The notes: generated by a model not told the origin, from the sequence alone. Shown: positions 16,460 to 26,407, numbered from the stretch's first letter. The stretch is 64,000 bases of DNA from an uncultured Chloroflexia bacterium (GCA_963744115.1 CAVUSI010000003.1:1480932-1544931); one strand, 5' to 3'. Translations and numbers: made by a program.

Positions 16460-16864
16460 TCAGCCGGGCGTGGACCGCGCGGCGTACGCGCCTTCGACGG
16501 CCGCGACGAGGGAGCCGGGTGCCTGCGTACCGGAGACGGTCGCACCCACGCCGCCCTGGACCCAGTCGACGTCCATGCCGGGCGAGGTCAGGACGATCGC
16601 TTTGCCGGGATACTGCGCGAGCAGGTCCTTGGTCATCTCCTCACCCGAGAAGCCGGCCGCCCATACGTCGTAGACGAGGACGTCCGCCCACTCGACCTGC
16701 CAGCACGGCAGCCCGTTGAGGACCGGGCAGGCTCCGCGGGCATGCGTCGGCCCGCCGCACTGATCGACCTCGAATCCGGCACGTCGGAGCGTGTCGACCC
16801 TGAGATCGGCAAGGTCCACATCGTGATCGACGACGAGTACTCGGACCATGGCAGTGCACTCCAT
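16460..16864 (-). CDS. stand-alone receiver (CheY-like) domain protein with Cys-rich insertion
   Basis: MVRVLVVDHDVDLADLRVDTLRRAGFEV...DVLVYDVW...KAIVLTS follows the receiver beta-alpha pattern. An insertion, CGGPTHARGACPVLNGLPCW, is present. No output domain and no kinase nearby. Confidence 0.5.
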   Translation of the reverse strand: MECTAMVRVLVVDHDVDLADLRVDTLRRAGFEVDQCGGPTHARGACPVLNGLPCWQVEWADVLVYDVWAAGFSGEEMTKDLLAQYPGKAIVLTSPGMDVDWVQGGVGATVSGTQAPGSLVAAVEGAYAARSTPG

Positions 16865-17049
16865 CGTGGGCCGCGATCCGACCGGTGGCCGGCCGTGACC
16901 GCGCCCCGATGTCGGCTAATGGTGGCGACGACGGATCGCGCCACCAGTGCCGAACGGCCTGGAATCGCGTGACCCGAGCGGAGGACGGCGCCGAGGCCCG
17001 ATAATGGGCCGCGAGCCATGCCGAGGCCCCGAAGAGGAGCTCAACGCCC

Positions 17050-17439
17050 GTGCCGCCGATCACCGAGCTGACCAGGATCGAGCCCGTCTACCTCGGGCGC
17101 CTCGAGAAGCAGGGCATCTTCACGACCGGGATCCTGCTCGAAGTGTCGGAGACGCCGACCCGGCGTCAGTACCTCGCCGACCACGTCGGCGCGACGATCA
17201 ACGAGGTCGGCACCTGGCGCGACGAGGGATTGATGCTGAACCTCGCCAGCTTCGGGTCGGACGAGCACCAACTGATGATCCAGGCGGGCATCGAGGGTCT
17301 GCGCGACATCCTCGACCTCGATCTCGACGGGTTCCGGGCCCGGGTCGCCAAGGCGTCCGCCGAGCTCGGGACCGACCCGCCGGACGACCTGCGGCTCGAG
17401 GGCTGGTGGGACCAGGCCCGGACGCTCGAGGACGAGTAG
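17050..17439 (+). CDS. DUF4332 domain protein
   Basis: 129-aa ORF with a GTG start after GAAGAGGAG. N-terminus (ITELTRIEPVYLGRLEKQGIFTTGILLE) is typical of helix-hairpin-helix DUF4332 proteins. Confidence 0.6.
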   Translation: MPPITELTRIEPVYLGRLEKQGIFTTGILLEVSETPTRRQYLADHVGATINEVGTWRDEGLMLNLASFGSDEHQLMIQAGIEGLRDILDLDLDGFRARVAKASAELGTDPPDDLRLEGWWDQARTLEDE

Positions 17440-17440
17440 C

Positions 17441-18142
17441 GTGGGGGACCCGGAGCCGGTGGCGCCGGGAGGTGGCCCCGACGAGGTGGCCCGACCGTCG
17501 CCGGTCGGCGAGGCGATCGTGTCGATCGTCGTGGCGGTGGCGACCATCATCGTCATCGCCGGCGTGTCGGTCGCGTTGTTCCTGACCCCGCAATGGGTGG
17601 CGTTCGAGCAGGGGAGGAGTGGGGCGGCGACCCTGACCGGGTTTCCCAGCGCCGAAGTCGATCGGGTGACCGGGGAGGTCCTTCGCGACCTCGTCGTCGG
17701 GCCGCCTGCCTTCGCCGAGACCGTCGCCGGCCAGGCCGTCTTCAACGACCGCGAGCGGTCGCATCTCGTCGACGTCCGATCCGTCTTCGGCTCGTTCGGG
17801 CTGCTGGTCCTGATCGGCGCGATCGTCTTGATCGTGATCGGCGTCGCGACCCGTGGGGGTCGGGCGTTCCGGCGCGGTGCCGGGGTCGGGGCGCTCGTCC
17901 TCGCCGGGGGCATCGTCGTCGGTGGGCTCGTGTCGGCCGTGGCGTTCGACCAGGCTTTCGAGACCTTCCATGAGCTGTTCTTCGCCGGCGGGACGTACAC
18001 CTTCGACCCCCTCTCGGATCGGCTCGTCCAGCTCTTCCCGATCCAGTTCTGGGAGGAGACCTCGCTGGCGGTCGGTGTCGTCATCCTCCTGCTCTGCGCG
18101 ATCGTCTCGCTCTGGGCGCTGCGGCCGAGGGCGGCCCGATGA
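17441..18142 (+). CDS. TIGR01906/DUF1461 integral membrane protein (Lit-like)
   Basis: 233-aa ORF with 4 TM helices. Family-like motifs are present (FNDRERSHLVDVRSVF; FHELFFAGGTYTFDPLSDRLVQLFPIQFW). Confidence 0.6.
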   Translation: MGDPEPVAPGGGPDEVARPSPVGEAIVSIVVAVATIIVIAGVSVALFLTPQWVAFEQGRSGAATLTGFPSAEVDRVTGEVLRDLVVGPPAFAETVAGQAVFNDRERSHLVDVRSVFGSFGLLVLIGAIVLIVIGVATRGGRAFRRGAGVGALVLAGGIVVGGLVSAVAFDQAFETFHELFFAGGTYTFDPLSDRLVQLFPIQFWEETSLAVGVVILLLCAIVSLWALRPRAAR

Positions 18143-19452
18143 GCGGCGTCGACCTCCTGTCGGTCGAGGCGGCCCAGGAGCGCGTCCTGGCCGCGATCCG
18201 GGGCCCGCTGCCGGCCGAGACGCACGCCCCGGAGGCGGCCCTCGGCCTGGTCCTCGCCGAGTCGGTCGTCGCCGCGACCGACCTGCCGCCGTGGGACAAC
18301 AGCGCGATGGATGGCTACGCGATCCGCGCCGCGGACGTCGCTGCCGCCACGGACGACAGGCCGGTCGGCCTGCGGATCGTGGGCGAGGTGCCCGCTGGCG
18401 GCGTCGCCACGATCACGGTCGAGGCCGGGACCGCCGTCCGGATCGCGACCGGCGCGCCGCTCCCTGGCGGGGCGGACGCCGTCGTGCCGGTCGAGGAGAC
18501 GACGCCGCTCGACCCGTCGGGGAGCGCGTCCGGCCCGCGCGGTCGGGACGCTGCGGGGCCGCTGCCCGCTGGATGCGCGGTCCACGTCGCGGTCAAGCCG
18601 GGGGATTCGATCCGTCGACGGGGCGAGGACGTTCGAGCCGGGACCACCGTGCTCGACGCCGGGACGACGATGACGCCGGCCGCGATCGCCCTGGCAGCGG
18701 GCTCCGGGGCCGCCACCGTATCGGTCCACCGGCGCCCGCGGATCGCCGTCCTCGCGACCGGTGACGAGGTCCGTGGTGCGGGCGAGGCCCTCGGCGACGC
18801 GGGCATCCCCGACGCCAACGGCCCCGGCCTGCGGGCGATGGTCGCCGCGGCCGGCGCGACCGTGGTCGACCTCGGGATCGCTGGTGACCGGCTGGAGGAC
18901 GTCCTGGCTCGCCTCCGCCGTGGCCTGGCAGAAGCGGATGCCGTCATCGTCGCCGGTGGTGTGTCGGTCGGCCCGTACGACGTGGTCAAGCGCGCCTTCG
19001 AGAGCGTGGGCCGCGTCGACCTGTGGCGCGTGGCCGTCCAGCCCGGCAAGCCGTTCGCGTTCGGGATCACACCCGATGGGTCCGTCCTGTTCGGCCTCCC
19101 CGGCAACCCGGTCAGCGGCTTCGTGACCTTCGAGCTGTTCGTCCGACCAGCCATCCGGCGGCTCGGCGGTCATCGGCGCCTGCTCCGTCCGTCCGACCGG
19201 GGTGTGCTGCTCGAACCCGTCACGAAGGCCCCCGGTCGGCGCGCCTTCATCCGTGCCGTCGCACGTCGGGACTCGACCGACGCCCCCGTGCGCGATGCCG
19301 AGGGCCGTGTCCAGGTCGTCCTCGCCGGACGGCAGGGGAGCCACGTCCTGAGCGCCCTGGCGGCGGCCGACATCCTGGCCGTCATCCCCGAGACCGTCGA
19401 CGCCCTGCCCGCGGGCTCGCCGGTCGAGCTCATCTGGGTCGATCGCGGATGA
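18139..19452 (+). CDS. moeA: molybdopterin molybdenumtransferase
   Basis: 437-aa ORF with MoeA motifs (PPWDNSAMDGYA; GGVSVGPYDVVK; VAVQPGKPFAFG; GLPGNPVS). ATGA overlap with the upstream gene. Confidence 0.9.
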   Translation: MSGVDLLSVEAAQERVLAAIRGPLPAETHAPEAALGLVLAESVVAATDLPPWDNSAMDGYAIRAADVAAATDDRPVGLRIVGEVPAGGVATITVEAGTAVRIATGAPLPGGADAVVPVEETTPLDPSGSASGPRGRDAAGPLPAGCAVHVAVKPGDSIRRRGEDVRAGTTVLDAGTTMTPAAIALAAGSGAATVSVHRRPRIAVLATGDEVRGAGEALGDAGIPDANGPGLRAMVAAAGATVVDLGIAGDRLEDVLARLRRGLAEADAVIVAGGVSVGPYDVVKRAFESVGRVDLWRVAVQPGKPFAFGITPDGSVLFGLPGNPVSGFVTFELFVRPAIRRLGGHRRLLRPSDRGVLLEPVTKAPGRRAFIRAVARRDSTDAPVRDAEGRVQVVLAGRQGSHVLSALAAADILAVIPETVDALPAGSPVELIWVDRG

Positions 19453-20099
19453 CCGGGTCGAAACCGCCGGAAGACCAGCCCTGGAGGCCACCGATGGATC
19501 GCAAGCCTGCCCCGCGCTCCGAGCGCCGGCGCCTGACCCACGTCGACCGGACGGGCCGGCCGCGGATGGTCGACGTGAGCGCCAAGCCCCCGACCGCCCG
19601 ACGGGCCGTCGCCGAGGCGTTCGTGGCCTGTTCGCCGGAGACGCTCAGCTTGATCATCGACGGCGCGAACCCCAAGGGCGACGTGATGTCCGTCGCCGAG
19701 CTGGCCGGGGTGATGGGCGGCAAGCGCACGAGCGAGCTCATCCCACTGTGCCACCCGATCGCCCTGACCGATCTGCTCGTCCAGGTCGTGCCCGACCGGG
19801 CCGCCGGCGGGCTGCGGATCAGGACCGAGGCCGCGACGGTCGGTGCCACCGGCGTCGAGATGGAGGCGCTGACGGCCGCGTCCGTGGCCGCGCTCACCGT
19901 CTACGATATGGTCAAGGGCGTGGAACGCGGGGTCGAGATCCGGTCGCTCCGGCTCGTGTCGAAGAGCGGTGGCAAGAGCGGCGACTGGGCCCGGCCGAGC
20001 GACAAGCCGAAGACCGCGTCCGGGACGGGACCGGGGGTGCGACCGGGCGACCGGAGCGCCGGACGGATCGGGGGCGGACGCAAGAAGGGCGGCGGGTGA
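19449..20099 (+). CDS. moaC: cyclic pyranopterin monophosphate synthase
   Basis: ORF 19023..20099 trimmed to the ATG at 19449, giving an ATGA overlap with moeA. Motifs LTHVDRTGRPRMVDVSAK, ELIPLCHPI and TGVEMEALTAASVAALTVYDM are present. Has a basic Gly-rich tail. Confidence 0.9.
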   Translation: MTGSKPPEDQPWRPPMDRKPAPRSERRRLTHVDRTGRPRMVDVSAKPPTARRAVAEAFVACSPETLSLIIDGANPKGDVMSVAELAGVMGGKRTSELIPLCHPIALTDLLVQVVPDRAAGGLRIRTEAATVGATGVEMEALTAASVAALTVYDMVKGVERGVEIRSLRLVSKSGGKSGDWARPSDKPKTASGTGPGVRPGDRSAGRIGGGRKKGGG

Positions 20100-20656
20100 G
20101 CGGATCCGATCGAAGGCCAGGTGACGGTCGGCGGGCCCTCGTCGTCACGGTCAGCGACGGCGTCGCGTCCGGGGACCGCGACGACGACTCGGGTGACCGC
20201 CTGACGGAGCGGCTCATCGAGCTCGGGTTCGAGGTCGGACGGTCGGCGGTCCCCGACGAGGGCTGGCAGATCGAGGAGACGCTCGTCGCGGGGGCTCCCG
20301 GGCGGGCCCTCGTCGTGACGACCGGTGGCACGGGCCTGACGCCGCGTGACGTGACCCCGCAGGCGACGGCGGCCACGCTCGACTACGAGGTTCCCGGCCT
20401 CGCCGAGCTGATCCGTGCCGAGGGCCGGCGCTCGACGCCGATGGCGGTCCTGTCGCGCGGCGTGGTCGGCGTGCGCGCGGGGACCCTGATCGTCAACGTC
20501 CCGGGCAGCCCGCGTGGGGCGCTCGAGTCGCTCGAGGCGATCGTGCCGGTCCTGGGGCACGCCCTCGAGACGCTCGACGGCCCGTTCGACCACGGCCGCG
20601 CCACGGCTGGGGCATCCCGGCCGGACCTCCCGACACCCGACCCGGACGCGACGTAG
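20096..20656 (+). CDS. mog: MogA/MoaB-family molybdenum cofactor biosynthesis protein
   Basis: GTG at 20096 gives a GTGA overlap with moaC. Motifs ALVVTVSDG, VVTTGGTGLTPRDVTP and IVNVPGSPRGA are present. Confidence 0.85.
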   Translation: MSGSDRRPGDGRRALVVTVSDGVASGDRDDDSGDRLTERLIELGFEVGRSAVPDEGWQIEETLVAGAPGRALVVTTGGTGLTPRDVTPQATAATLDYEVPGLAELIRAEGRRSTPMAVLSRGVVGVRAGTLIVNVPGSPRGALESLEAIVPVLGHALETLDGPFDHGRATAGASRPDLPTPDPDAT

Positions 20657-22777
20657 ATGTTCCCGGCGTTCGCCGAGGTCCCGGCCTATCCGCTGGTCTT
20701 CCCGTTGTTCTGGGGCGCTGTCGTCGTCTTCGGTCTTGTCATGGCCCGCCACCTCCGGATCTTCGCGGCGGCCAGGGCCGAGGGCCCGAGCCCGTTCAGC
20801 CAGGTCCCGCGCCGGATGGCCGGCCTCATCCGCTACGCCCTCGTCCAGACCAGGATGTTCAAGGATCGGCGCGCCGGGCTGATGCACTTCGGCATCTTCT
20901 GGGGGTTCGTCCTGCTGACGATCGGGACCGCCAACATGGTCACCGGCGGGCTCGTCGAGGCGATCATCTCGGTGCCGTTCGACGGCGGGCTGTGGACGGC
21001 CGTCTCGGCGATGCAGAACGTCGTGGCGGTCATCACCCTGGTGGCGATCGCCTACGCCTTCTTCCGGCGACTCGTCACGAAGCCCGCTCGGCTGACCCTG
21101 AGCGGTTCCGGCCTGCTCATCCTGGCGATGATCGGCGGGGTCGTCGGGGCCGAGCTGCTCGCCCAGGCGTTCCAGGCCGCCAGCTACGGCGACATCCCGG
21201 GGGCGTTCATCGCCAACGCGCTGGCCGTCCCGCTCCGCTCGCTCGGCACGCAGGCCACCGAGGCGGCGTTCGCGGTGCTGTGGTGGGCGCACATCGTCCT
21301 GGTCGCGGCGTTCCTGGTCTACCTGCCATACAGCAAGCATCTGCATGTCGCCACGGCCCCGTTCAATGTGTACTTCCGGAAGCTCGCGCCGCGCGGCGAG
21401 CTCCCGGCGATGGACCTCGAGGACGAGACGGCCACGTTCGGCCTGCGGACCCTCCAGGACCTGGGCTGGAAGGACCTGCTCGACGGGTTCACCTGCACCG
21501 AGTGCGGTCGCTGCCAGGCTGCCTGCCCGGCCAACGCCACCGGGAAGCCGCTCAACCCCAAGGCCTTCATCATGGGCATCCGCGAGATGGCCGTGGACGC
21601 CGAGCATGGGATCGATCTCATCCCCAACTCGCCGATCGTCCGCGATGCCTACGGGCTCGAGGATACGCAGCCCGCCGCGACCGCCCTTGCGGCCCCGCTG
21701 GTCGATGGCGCGATCCCGTACGACGCGGTCTGGGATTGCGTGACCTGTGGCGCCTGCGTGGAGGCCTGCCCGGTCCTCATCGAGCACGTCGACAAGATCG
21801 TGGGGATCCGGCGCAACCTCGTCCTTGAGGACTCCCGCTTCCCCTCGGAGCTGACCGCGGCGTTCACGAACATGGAGCGCGCCGGGAACCCATGGGGCCA
21901 GCCCAAGAGTGCCCGCACCGACTGGACGAAGGGCCTCCCGTTCGCCGTCCCGACCGTCGCCGAGCTGGCCGCCCAAGGGCGCCTCGACGAGATCGAGGTC
22001 CTCTACTGGGTCGGCTGCGCGGCCGCATTCGATGAGCGCAACCGTCGCGTGGCGCGGTCGTTCGCGACCTGCCTCGACGCCGCCGGCATCCGCTTCGCGA
22101 TCCTCGGCCAGGAGGAGTCGTGCAGCGGCGATCCCGCGCGCCGGATGGGCAACGACTACGTCTGGCAGATGCTCGCCGCGGAGAACATCGCCACGCTCGA
22201 CCGCTATCAGCTCAAGAGCATCGTCACCGCCTGCCCGCACTGCTTCAACACGATCGGCAACGAGTACGGCCAGCTCGACGGGCACTACGAGGTCGTCCAC
22301 CACTCGGTCTACCTCCAGCGGCTGCTCGCTGAAGGCCGGCTGCGGACGATCGATGCCGACGCCGCCGAGGACACCGCGCCGCGGACCGTGACGTTCCATG
22401 ACTCGTGCTACATGGCCCGCTACAACGACGTCGTCGCGCAGCCCCGGGCCGTCCTCGGGTCGCTGCCCGGCCTCGAGCTCGTCGAGATGGAGCGGAGCGG
22501 CAAGGATTCGTTCTGTTGCGGGGCCGGCGGCGGACGGATGTGGATGGAGGAGACCCGGGGCACCCGGATCAACGCCGAACGGACGCGCCAGGCCCTCGAG
22601 ACCGGCGCCGGCACCGTGGCCACCAACTGCCCGTTCTGCATGACGATGATGCGTGACGGACTGGACTCCGCGATGGCCGACGGCGCCGGGACCGTCAGCG
22701 CGGTCGACATCGCCGAGCTGCTGGCGGAGGGCCTGGCACCGGTCCCGAGCGGCCGTCAGCTGCCGGTCATCCAGTGA
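20657..22777 (+). CDS. membrane-anchored Fe-S oxidoreductase (HdrD/GlpC-like; EtfD-like)
   Basis: 706-aa ORF. The N-terminus has about 5-6 TM helices. Two 4Fe-4S motifs (CTECGRCQAACP; CVTCGACVEACP) and two CCG-type Cys-rich domains (...VGCAAAFDERN...; SFCCGAGGG) follow. Starts directly after the mog stop (TAGATG). Confidence 0.85.
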   Translation: MFPAFAEVPAYPLVFPLFWGAVVVFGLVMARHLRIFAAARAEGPSPFSQVPRRMAGLIRYALVQTRMFKDRRAGLMHFGIFWGFVLLTIGTANMVTGGLVEAIISVPFDGGLWTAVSAMQNVVAVITLVAIAYAFFRRLVTKPARLTLSGSGLLILAMIGGVVGAELLAQAFQAASYGDIPGAFIANALAVPLRSLGTQATEAAFAVLWWAHIVLVAAFLVYLPYSKHLHVATAPFNVYFRKLAPRGELPAMDLEDETATFGLRTLQDLGWKDLLDGFTCTECGRCQAACPANATGKPLNPKAFIMGIREMAVDAEHGIDLIPNSPIVRDAYGLEDTQPAATALAAPLVDGAIPYDAVWDCVTCGACVEACPVLIEHVDKIVGIRRNLVLEDSRFPSELTAAFTNMERAGNPWGQPKSARTDWTKGLPFAVPTVAELAAQGRLDEIEVLYWVGCAAAFDERNRRVARSFATCLDAAGIRFAILGQEESCSGDPARRMGNDYVWQMLAAENIATLDRYQLKSIVTACPHCFNTIGNEYGQLDGHYEVVHHSVYLQRLLAEGRLRTIDADAAEDTAPRTVTFHDSCYMARYNDVVAQPRAVLGSLPGLELVEMERSGKDSFCCGAGGGRMWMEETRGTRINAERTRQALETGAGTVATNCPFCMTMMRDGLDSAMADGAGTVSAVDIAELLAEGLAPVPSGRQLPVIQ

Positions 22778-23928
22778 CCTCGTTCCGGCTCTCCGACGAG
22801 CAGCGCGAGCTGCGGGACGCGGTCCGCGAGCTTGCCCGGGAACGGATCGCTCCACGGGCGGCCGAGATCGACCGGACTGCCGAATTCCCGTGGGACCTGA
22901 AGGAGCTTCTGGCGACCCAGGACATCCTCGGGCTGCCCTATCCGACCGAGTACGGCGGACTCGGCGGCGACCTCCTGACCTGCTGCCTCGCGATCGAGGC
23001 GCTCAGCGCGGCGTGCGCCACGACTGGGTTGATCGTGGCGGTCCACGAGCTGGCGTCGCTCCCGATCGTGATGGCCGGCACCGCCGAGCAGAAGGCGCGC
23101 TGGCTGCCCGACCTGGCAGCGGGTCGGACCCTCATCGCGTTCGCCCTGACCGAAGCCGGCGCGGGCTCGGATGCGGGCTCCATCGCGACCCGGGCCGTCC
23201 GTGACGGCGACGACTATGTCCTGAACGGGACGAAGCGGTTCATCAGCCACGGCAGCGTGGCCGACCTCGTCACCGTCTTCGCGGTCACCGACCCGGCCGG
23301 CAAGCGGAATCGCAACCTGTCGTGCTTCGTCGTCGAGCGCGGCACCGCCGGGTTCAGCGTGGGCCGGCTCGAGCACAAGATGGGCATCCGCGGTTCGCCG
23401 ACGGCCGAGCTGATGTTCGACGACGTGCGGATCCCGGCGACGAACCTCATCGGCGCGGAGGGGGAGGGGTTCGCCCTCGCCATGCGGACGTTCGAGCGCT
23501 CCCGACCGGGGATCGCTGCGCAGGCCGTCGGCATCGCCCAGGGCGCGATCGATGTCGCGGCCAAGTACGCGACCGAGCGGGTCCAGTTCGGGCGGCCGAT
23601 CGGCGAGTTCCAGATGGTCCAGGGGTTGCTCGCCGACATGGACGCCGCCACGGAGGCGGCACGCAGCCTGCTCTACACCGCGTGTGCCGCGATCGAGGCC
23701 GGCGATGGGGACGCCGGGCGCTGGGCCGCGGTCTGTAAACTGGTCGCCGGCGACGCCGCGATGCGGGTCACCACCGACGCGGTCCAGGTCCTCGGCGGGT
23801 ACGGCTACCTCGACGAGTTCCCGGTCGAGCGGATGATGCGCGACGCGAAGATCACCCAGTTGTACGAAGGGACGCAGCAGATCCAGCGCCTGGTCGTCGC
23901 CCGATCGCTGCTCGCCGCCCACCGCTGA
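22774..23928 (+). CDS. acyl-CoA dehydrogenase (short/medium-chain type)
   Basis: 384-aa ORF. Motifs FALTEAGAGSDAGS, NGTKRFISHG and the catalytic-base motif LYEGTQQIQR are present. GTGA overlap with the upstream gene. Confidence 0.9.
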   Translation: MTSFRLSDEQRELRDAVRELARERIAPRAAEIDRTAEFPWDLKELLATQDILGLPYPTEYGGLGGDLLTCCLAIEALSAACATTGLIVAVHELASLPIVMAGTAEQKARWLPDLAAGRTLIAFALTEAGAGSDAGSIATRAVRDGDDYVLNGTKRFISHGSVADLVTVFAVTDPAGKRNRNLSCFVVERGTAGFSVGRLEHKMGIRGSPTAELMFDDVRIPATNLIGAEGEGFALAMRTFERSRPGIAAQAVGIAQGAIDVAAKYATERVQFGRPIGEFQMVQGLLADMDAATEAARSLLYTACAAIEAGDGDAGRWAAVCKLVAGDAAMRVTTDAVQVLGGYGYLDEFPVERMMRDAKITQLYEGTQQIQRLVVARSLLAAHR

Positions 23929-23954
23929 CGCCCGAAACCGGAGGTTGCCCGCAG

Positions 23955-24737
23955 GTGCGGATCGTGGTCCTCGTCAAGCCCGTGCCGGACACCACCGGCC
24001 AGGAACGTCTGGGCGCGGACCTGCGCGTCGACCGCGTCGCGTCCCCGACGGTCGTCAACGCGAATGACGAATACGCGCTCGAGGCGGCGCTCAAGCTCCG
24101 AGAGGCCGCCGGCGAAGGCTCGGTCACGCTGCTGTCGATGGCGCCCGAGACGGCCCCGGATACCCTGCGCAAGGCGCTGGCGATGGGCGCCGACGCGGGC
24201 TTCCTCGTGACCGATCCCGCGCTGGCCGGCTCGGACACGCTGTCGACCGCCCGCGTCCTGGCAGCTGCCCTCGGCCGGATCGACCACGACCTCGTCCTGG
24301 CGGGCGCCGACACCTCCGACGGTGGGAGCGGGACGGTGGCTGCCGGGATCGCCGCGCTGACGGGCCTGCCCTACCTGTCGTACGCAGCGAGGATCGAGCC
24401 GGACGGAGGCTCGGTCCGGGTGCGCCGGATCAGTCCGACCGGGTACGACCTGCTCGAGGCGCCGCTGCCCGCCCTGGTGGTCGCGACCCAGGCGCTGGGT
24501 GAACCGCGCTACCCCTCGCTGAAGGGCATCATGGCCGCCCGGTCCAAGTCGATCGTGACCTGGTCGTTGGCCGACCTCGAGATCGATCCATCGACGGTCG
24601 GCGGGGCGGTGGCGACGACCCGTGTCCTGCGGGCGGAAGCGCCGCCGCCCCGATCTGCGACGCGCGTCATCCGCGAGCCGGCCCCGGTCGCTGCGGCGCA
24701 GCTGGTCGAGTTCCTCGCCGAGCGGAGGCTCATCTGA
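23955..24737 (+). CDS. etfB: electron transfer flavoprotein beta subunit
   Basis: 260-aa ORF with [12 protein letters not shown]..., [14 protein letters not shown] and [12 protein letters not shown]. Confidence 0.9.
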   Translation: MRIVVLVKPVPDTTGQERLGADLRVDRVASPTVVNANDEYALEAALKLREAAGEGSVTLLSMAPETAPDTLRKALAMGADAGFLVTDPALAGSDTLSTARVLAAALGRIDHDLVLAGADTSDGGSGTVAAGIAALTGLPYLSYAARIEPDGGSVRVRRISPTGYDLLEAPLPALVVATQALGEPRYPSLKGIMAARSKSIVTWSLADLEIDPSTVGGAVATTRVLRAEAPPPRSATRVIREPAPVAAAQLVEFLAERRLI

Positions 24738-25705
24738 TGGGGTTCCTGCTCGTCGTCGCCGAGGTCCTGGCAGACGGCAGCCTCGCCCGGATCAGCACCG
24801 AGGTCGCGACCCTCGCCCGTGGCCTTGCCGAGGCCGGCGGGCACGATGCGCGCGGCCTCGTGGTCGCGGCCGATCCCTCGCTCGCGGCCGCCGAGCTGGC
24901 TCGCTACCTCCCCGCCGTGGAGGCGGTGACCGTCCCGGAACTGCGCGATCAGGTGGCTCCGCAGCGGGTCGCGGCCGAAGCCGTCCGGTCGGGCGCCCTG
25001 GCCGAGGTCATCCTCATGGGCGCCTCGCCCGATGGGCGGGACGTCGCCGGCTACCTCTCGGCGCTGCTCGGTCGAGGGATCCTCGCCAATGCGACCGCCG
25101 TGAGCTGGGAGGACGGTCCGATCGTCGAGATGAGCGTGTTCGGCGGGCGGCTCGACACGTGGTCCGGGTTCACCGCCGGCGGCGGGATCGTCACGGTCCG
25201 ACCGAACGTCGTCACGGCGGTCCCTGCCGAGACGACCGGGACGGTCACCGTCGGCACGGCCGACCCGGCCGCGGGGATCCCGCCGATCCGCGTCCTCGAG
25301 CGGGTCGCCGAGGCCGGCGGTGCGGCACCGATCGAGGAGGCTCGGATCATCGTGGCGGGCGGCCGCGGGATGGGCGGCCCAGACGGGTTCCGGATCGCCG
25401 AGGAGCTGGCGAGCGCGCTGGGCGGCGCCATCGGCGCGTCTCGCGCAGCGGTCGATTCCGGCTGGATCCCGTACAGCCAGCAGATCGGGCAGACCGGCAA
25501 GATCGTCAAGCCGGCCCTGTACCTGGCGCTCGGCATCTCGGGCGCCATCCAGCACAAGGTCGGGATGCAGACCGCCGAGACGATCGTCGCGATCAACCGG
25601 GACCCGGACGCACCGATCGCCGACTTCGCCGATGTGATCGTCGTGGGCGACCTGTTCGAGGTCGTCCCGGCCCTCCTCGACGCCCTCCGCGTCCGCTCGG
25701 CCTGA
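24737..25705 (+). CDS. etfA: electron transfer flavoprotein alpha subunit
   Basis: 322-aa ORF with an FAD-binding C-terminal half ([10 protein letters not shown]...[11 protein letters not shown]...[25 protein letters not shown]). Confidence 0.9.
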   Translation: MGFLLVVAEVLADGSLARISTEVATLARGLAEAGGHDARGLVVAADPSLAAAELARYLPAVEAVTVPELRDQVAPQRVAAEAVRSGALAEVILMGASPDGRDVAGYLSALLGRGILANATAVSWEDGPIVEMSVFGGRLDTWSGFTAGGGIVTVRPNVVTAVPAETTGTVTVGTADPAAGIPPIRVLERVAEAGGAAPIEEARIIVAGGRGMGGPDGFRIAEELASALGGAIGASRAAVDSGWIPYSQQIGQTGKIVKPALYLALGISGAIQHKVGMQTAETIVAINRDPDAPIADFADVIVVGDLFEVVPALLDALRVRSA

Positions 25706-25721
25706 GGAGAGCGTCCGCCCC

Positions 25722-26279
25722 GTGGGAACCATCCTGGCGCTGGTGATCCCGCTCGTCGCCTTCGTCGTCCTCGCGGCGGCGTTCATCGTCCTGTTCAGGC
25801 GAGCATCCCGGGCACTGACCCGGACACGGGAGGAGGAGCGCTTCCGGAGCGCGGTCGAGGACCTGGCCAAGCGGATCGATGAGTCGCTGGCCGGTGTCAT
25901 CGCGCGGATCGACGCGGTCCGCCGGCATCAGCTCGACGCGGACGCGATCGCGCCGAACCTCGAGGCGGCCCACGATGCCGTCGGACGCTACGCCGAGGAG
26001 GCGAGCGGCCTCCATGGCCCGGTCCCGGCCGACGACGTGCGGGCCAGCCTGCTCGAGGAGCTCGATCGGGCGGCGCGGGCACTCGAGATGGTCGCCCACG
26101 GGTGCACGCTGATGGCGGCCTCGGGGGGTCGGCATCGCGAGCTCGAGGCGCAGACGGCGATCAAGCGCGGCTACCTCAACACCCTGCACGCCCGGGAGGC
26201 GATCGCCCGGCATGCCGACGACCTCGCCTCGAGCCGGCCGGCCGAGCAGCGTCAGTGGCGGTCGCGGCGGCAGGGATGA
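25722..26279 (+). CDS. hypothetical N-terminally anchored helical protein
   Basis: 185-aa ORF with a GTG start. One N-terminal TM helix (ILALVIPLVAFVVLAAAFIVLF) is followed by charged helical sequence. Confidence 0.5.
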   Translation: MGTILALVIPLVAFVVLAAAFIVLFRRASRALTRTREEERFRSAVEDLAKRIDESLAGVIARIDAVRRHQLDADAIAPNLEAAHDAVGRYAEEASGLHGPVPADDVRASLLEELDRAARALEMVAHGCTLMAASGGRHRELEAQTAIKRGYLNTLHAREAIARHADDLASSRPAEQRQWRSRRQG

Positions 26280-26322
26280 CCTGTCGACGCTTTGGTCCGT
26301 TCCGCAACCTTGGGCCTGGCAG

Positions 26323-26369
26323 ACACCGTATGTAGTGGTACCATCGGTCCACACCACTAGCGGTAGTGG
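26323..26369 (+). promoter_or_regulatory. two NrdR-box-like palindromes upstream of nrdR
   Basis: The first is acaCcgtATgTaGtgg (26323..26338). The second is ccaCtAgcggTaGtgg (26354..26369), embedded in the perfect inverted repeat accacta-gcgg-tagtggt. Their centres are 31 bp apart, and they lie 39-85 nt upstream of the nrdR ATG. Confidence 0.6.
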
Positions 26370-26407
26370 TAGGCGGCCCGCCATCCGGGCCCCAGACCGG
26401 GAGACCG

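Noticed and set aside
19901-22855. Very long antisense ORFs. Examples: 984 aa at 19901..22855 (-), 816 aa at 17041..19491 (-), 698 aa at 32426..34522 (-), 614 aa at 36896..38740 (-), 596 aa at 50295..52085 (-), 639 aa at 57923..59842 (-) and 594 aa at 5957..7741 (-).
   Set aside because: Each lies opposite a gene with clear family motifs. Their products are Arg/Gly/Pro/Asp-rich low-complexity strings typical of shadow frames in GC-rich DNA.
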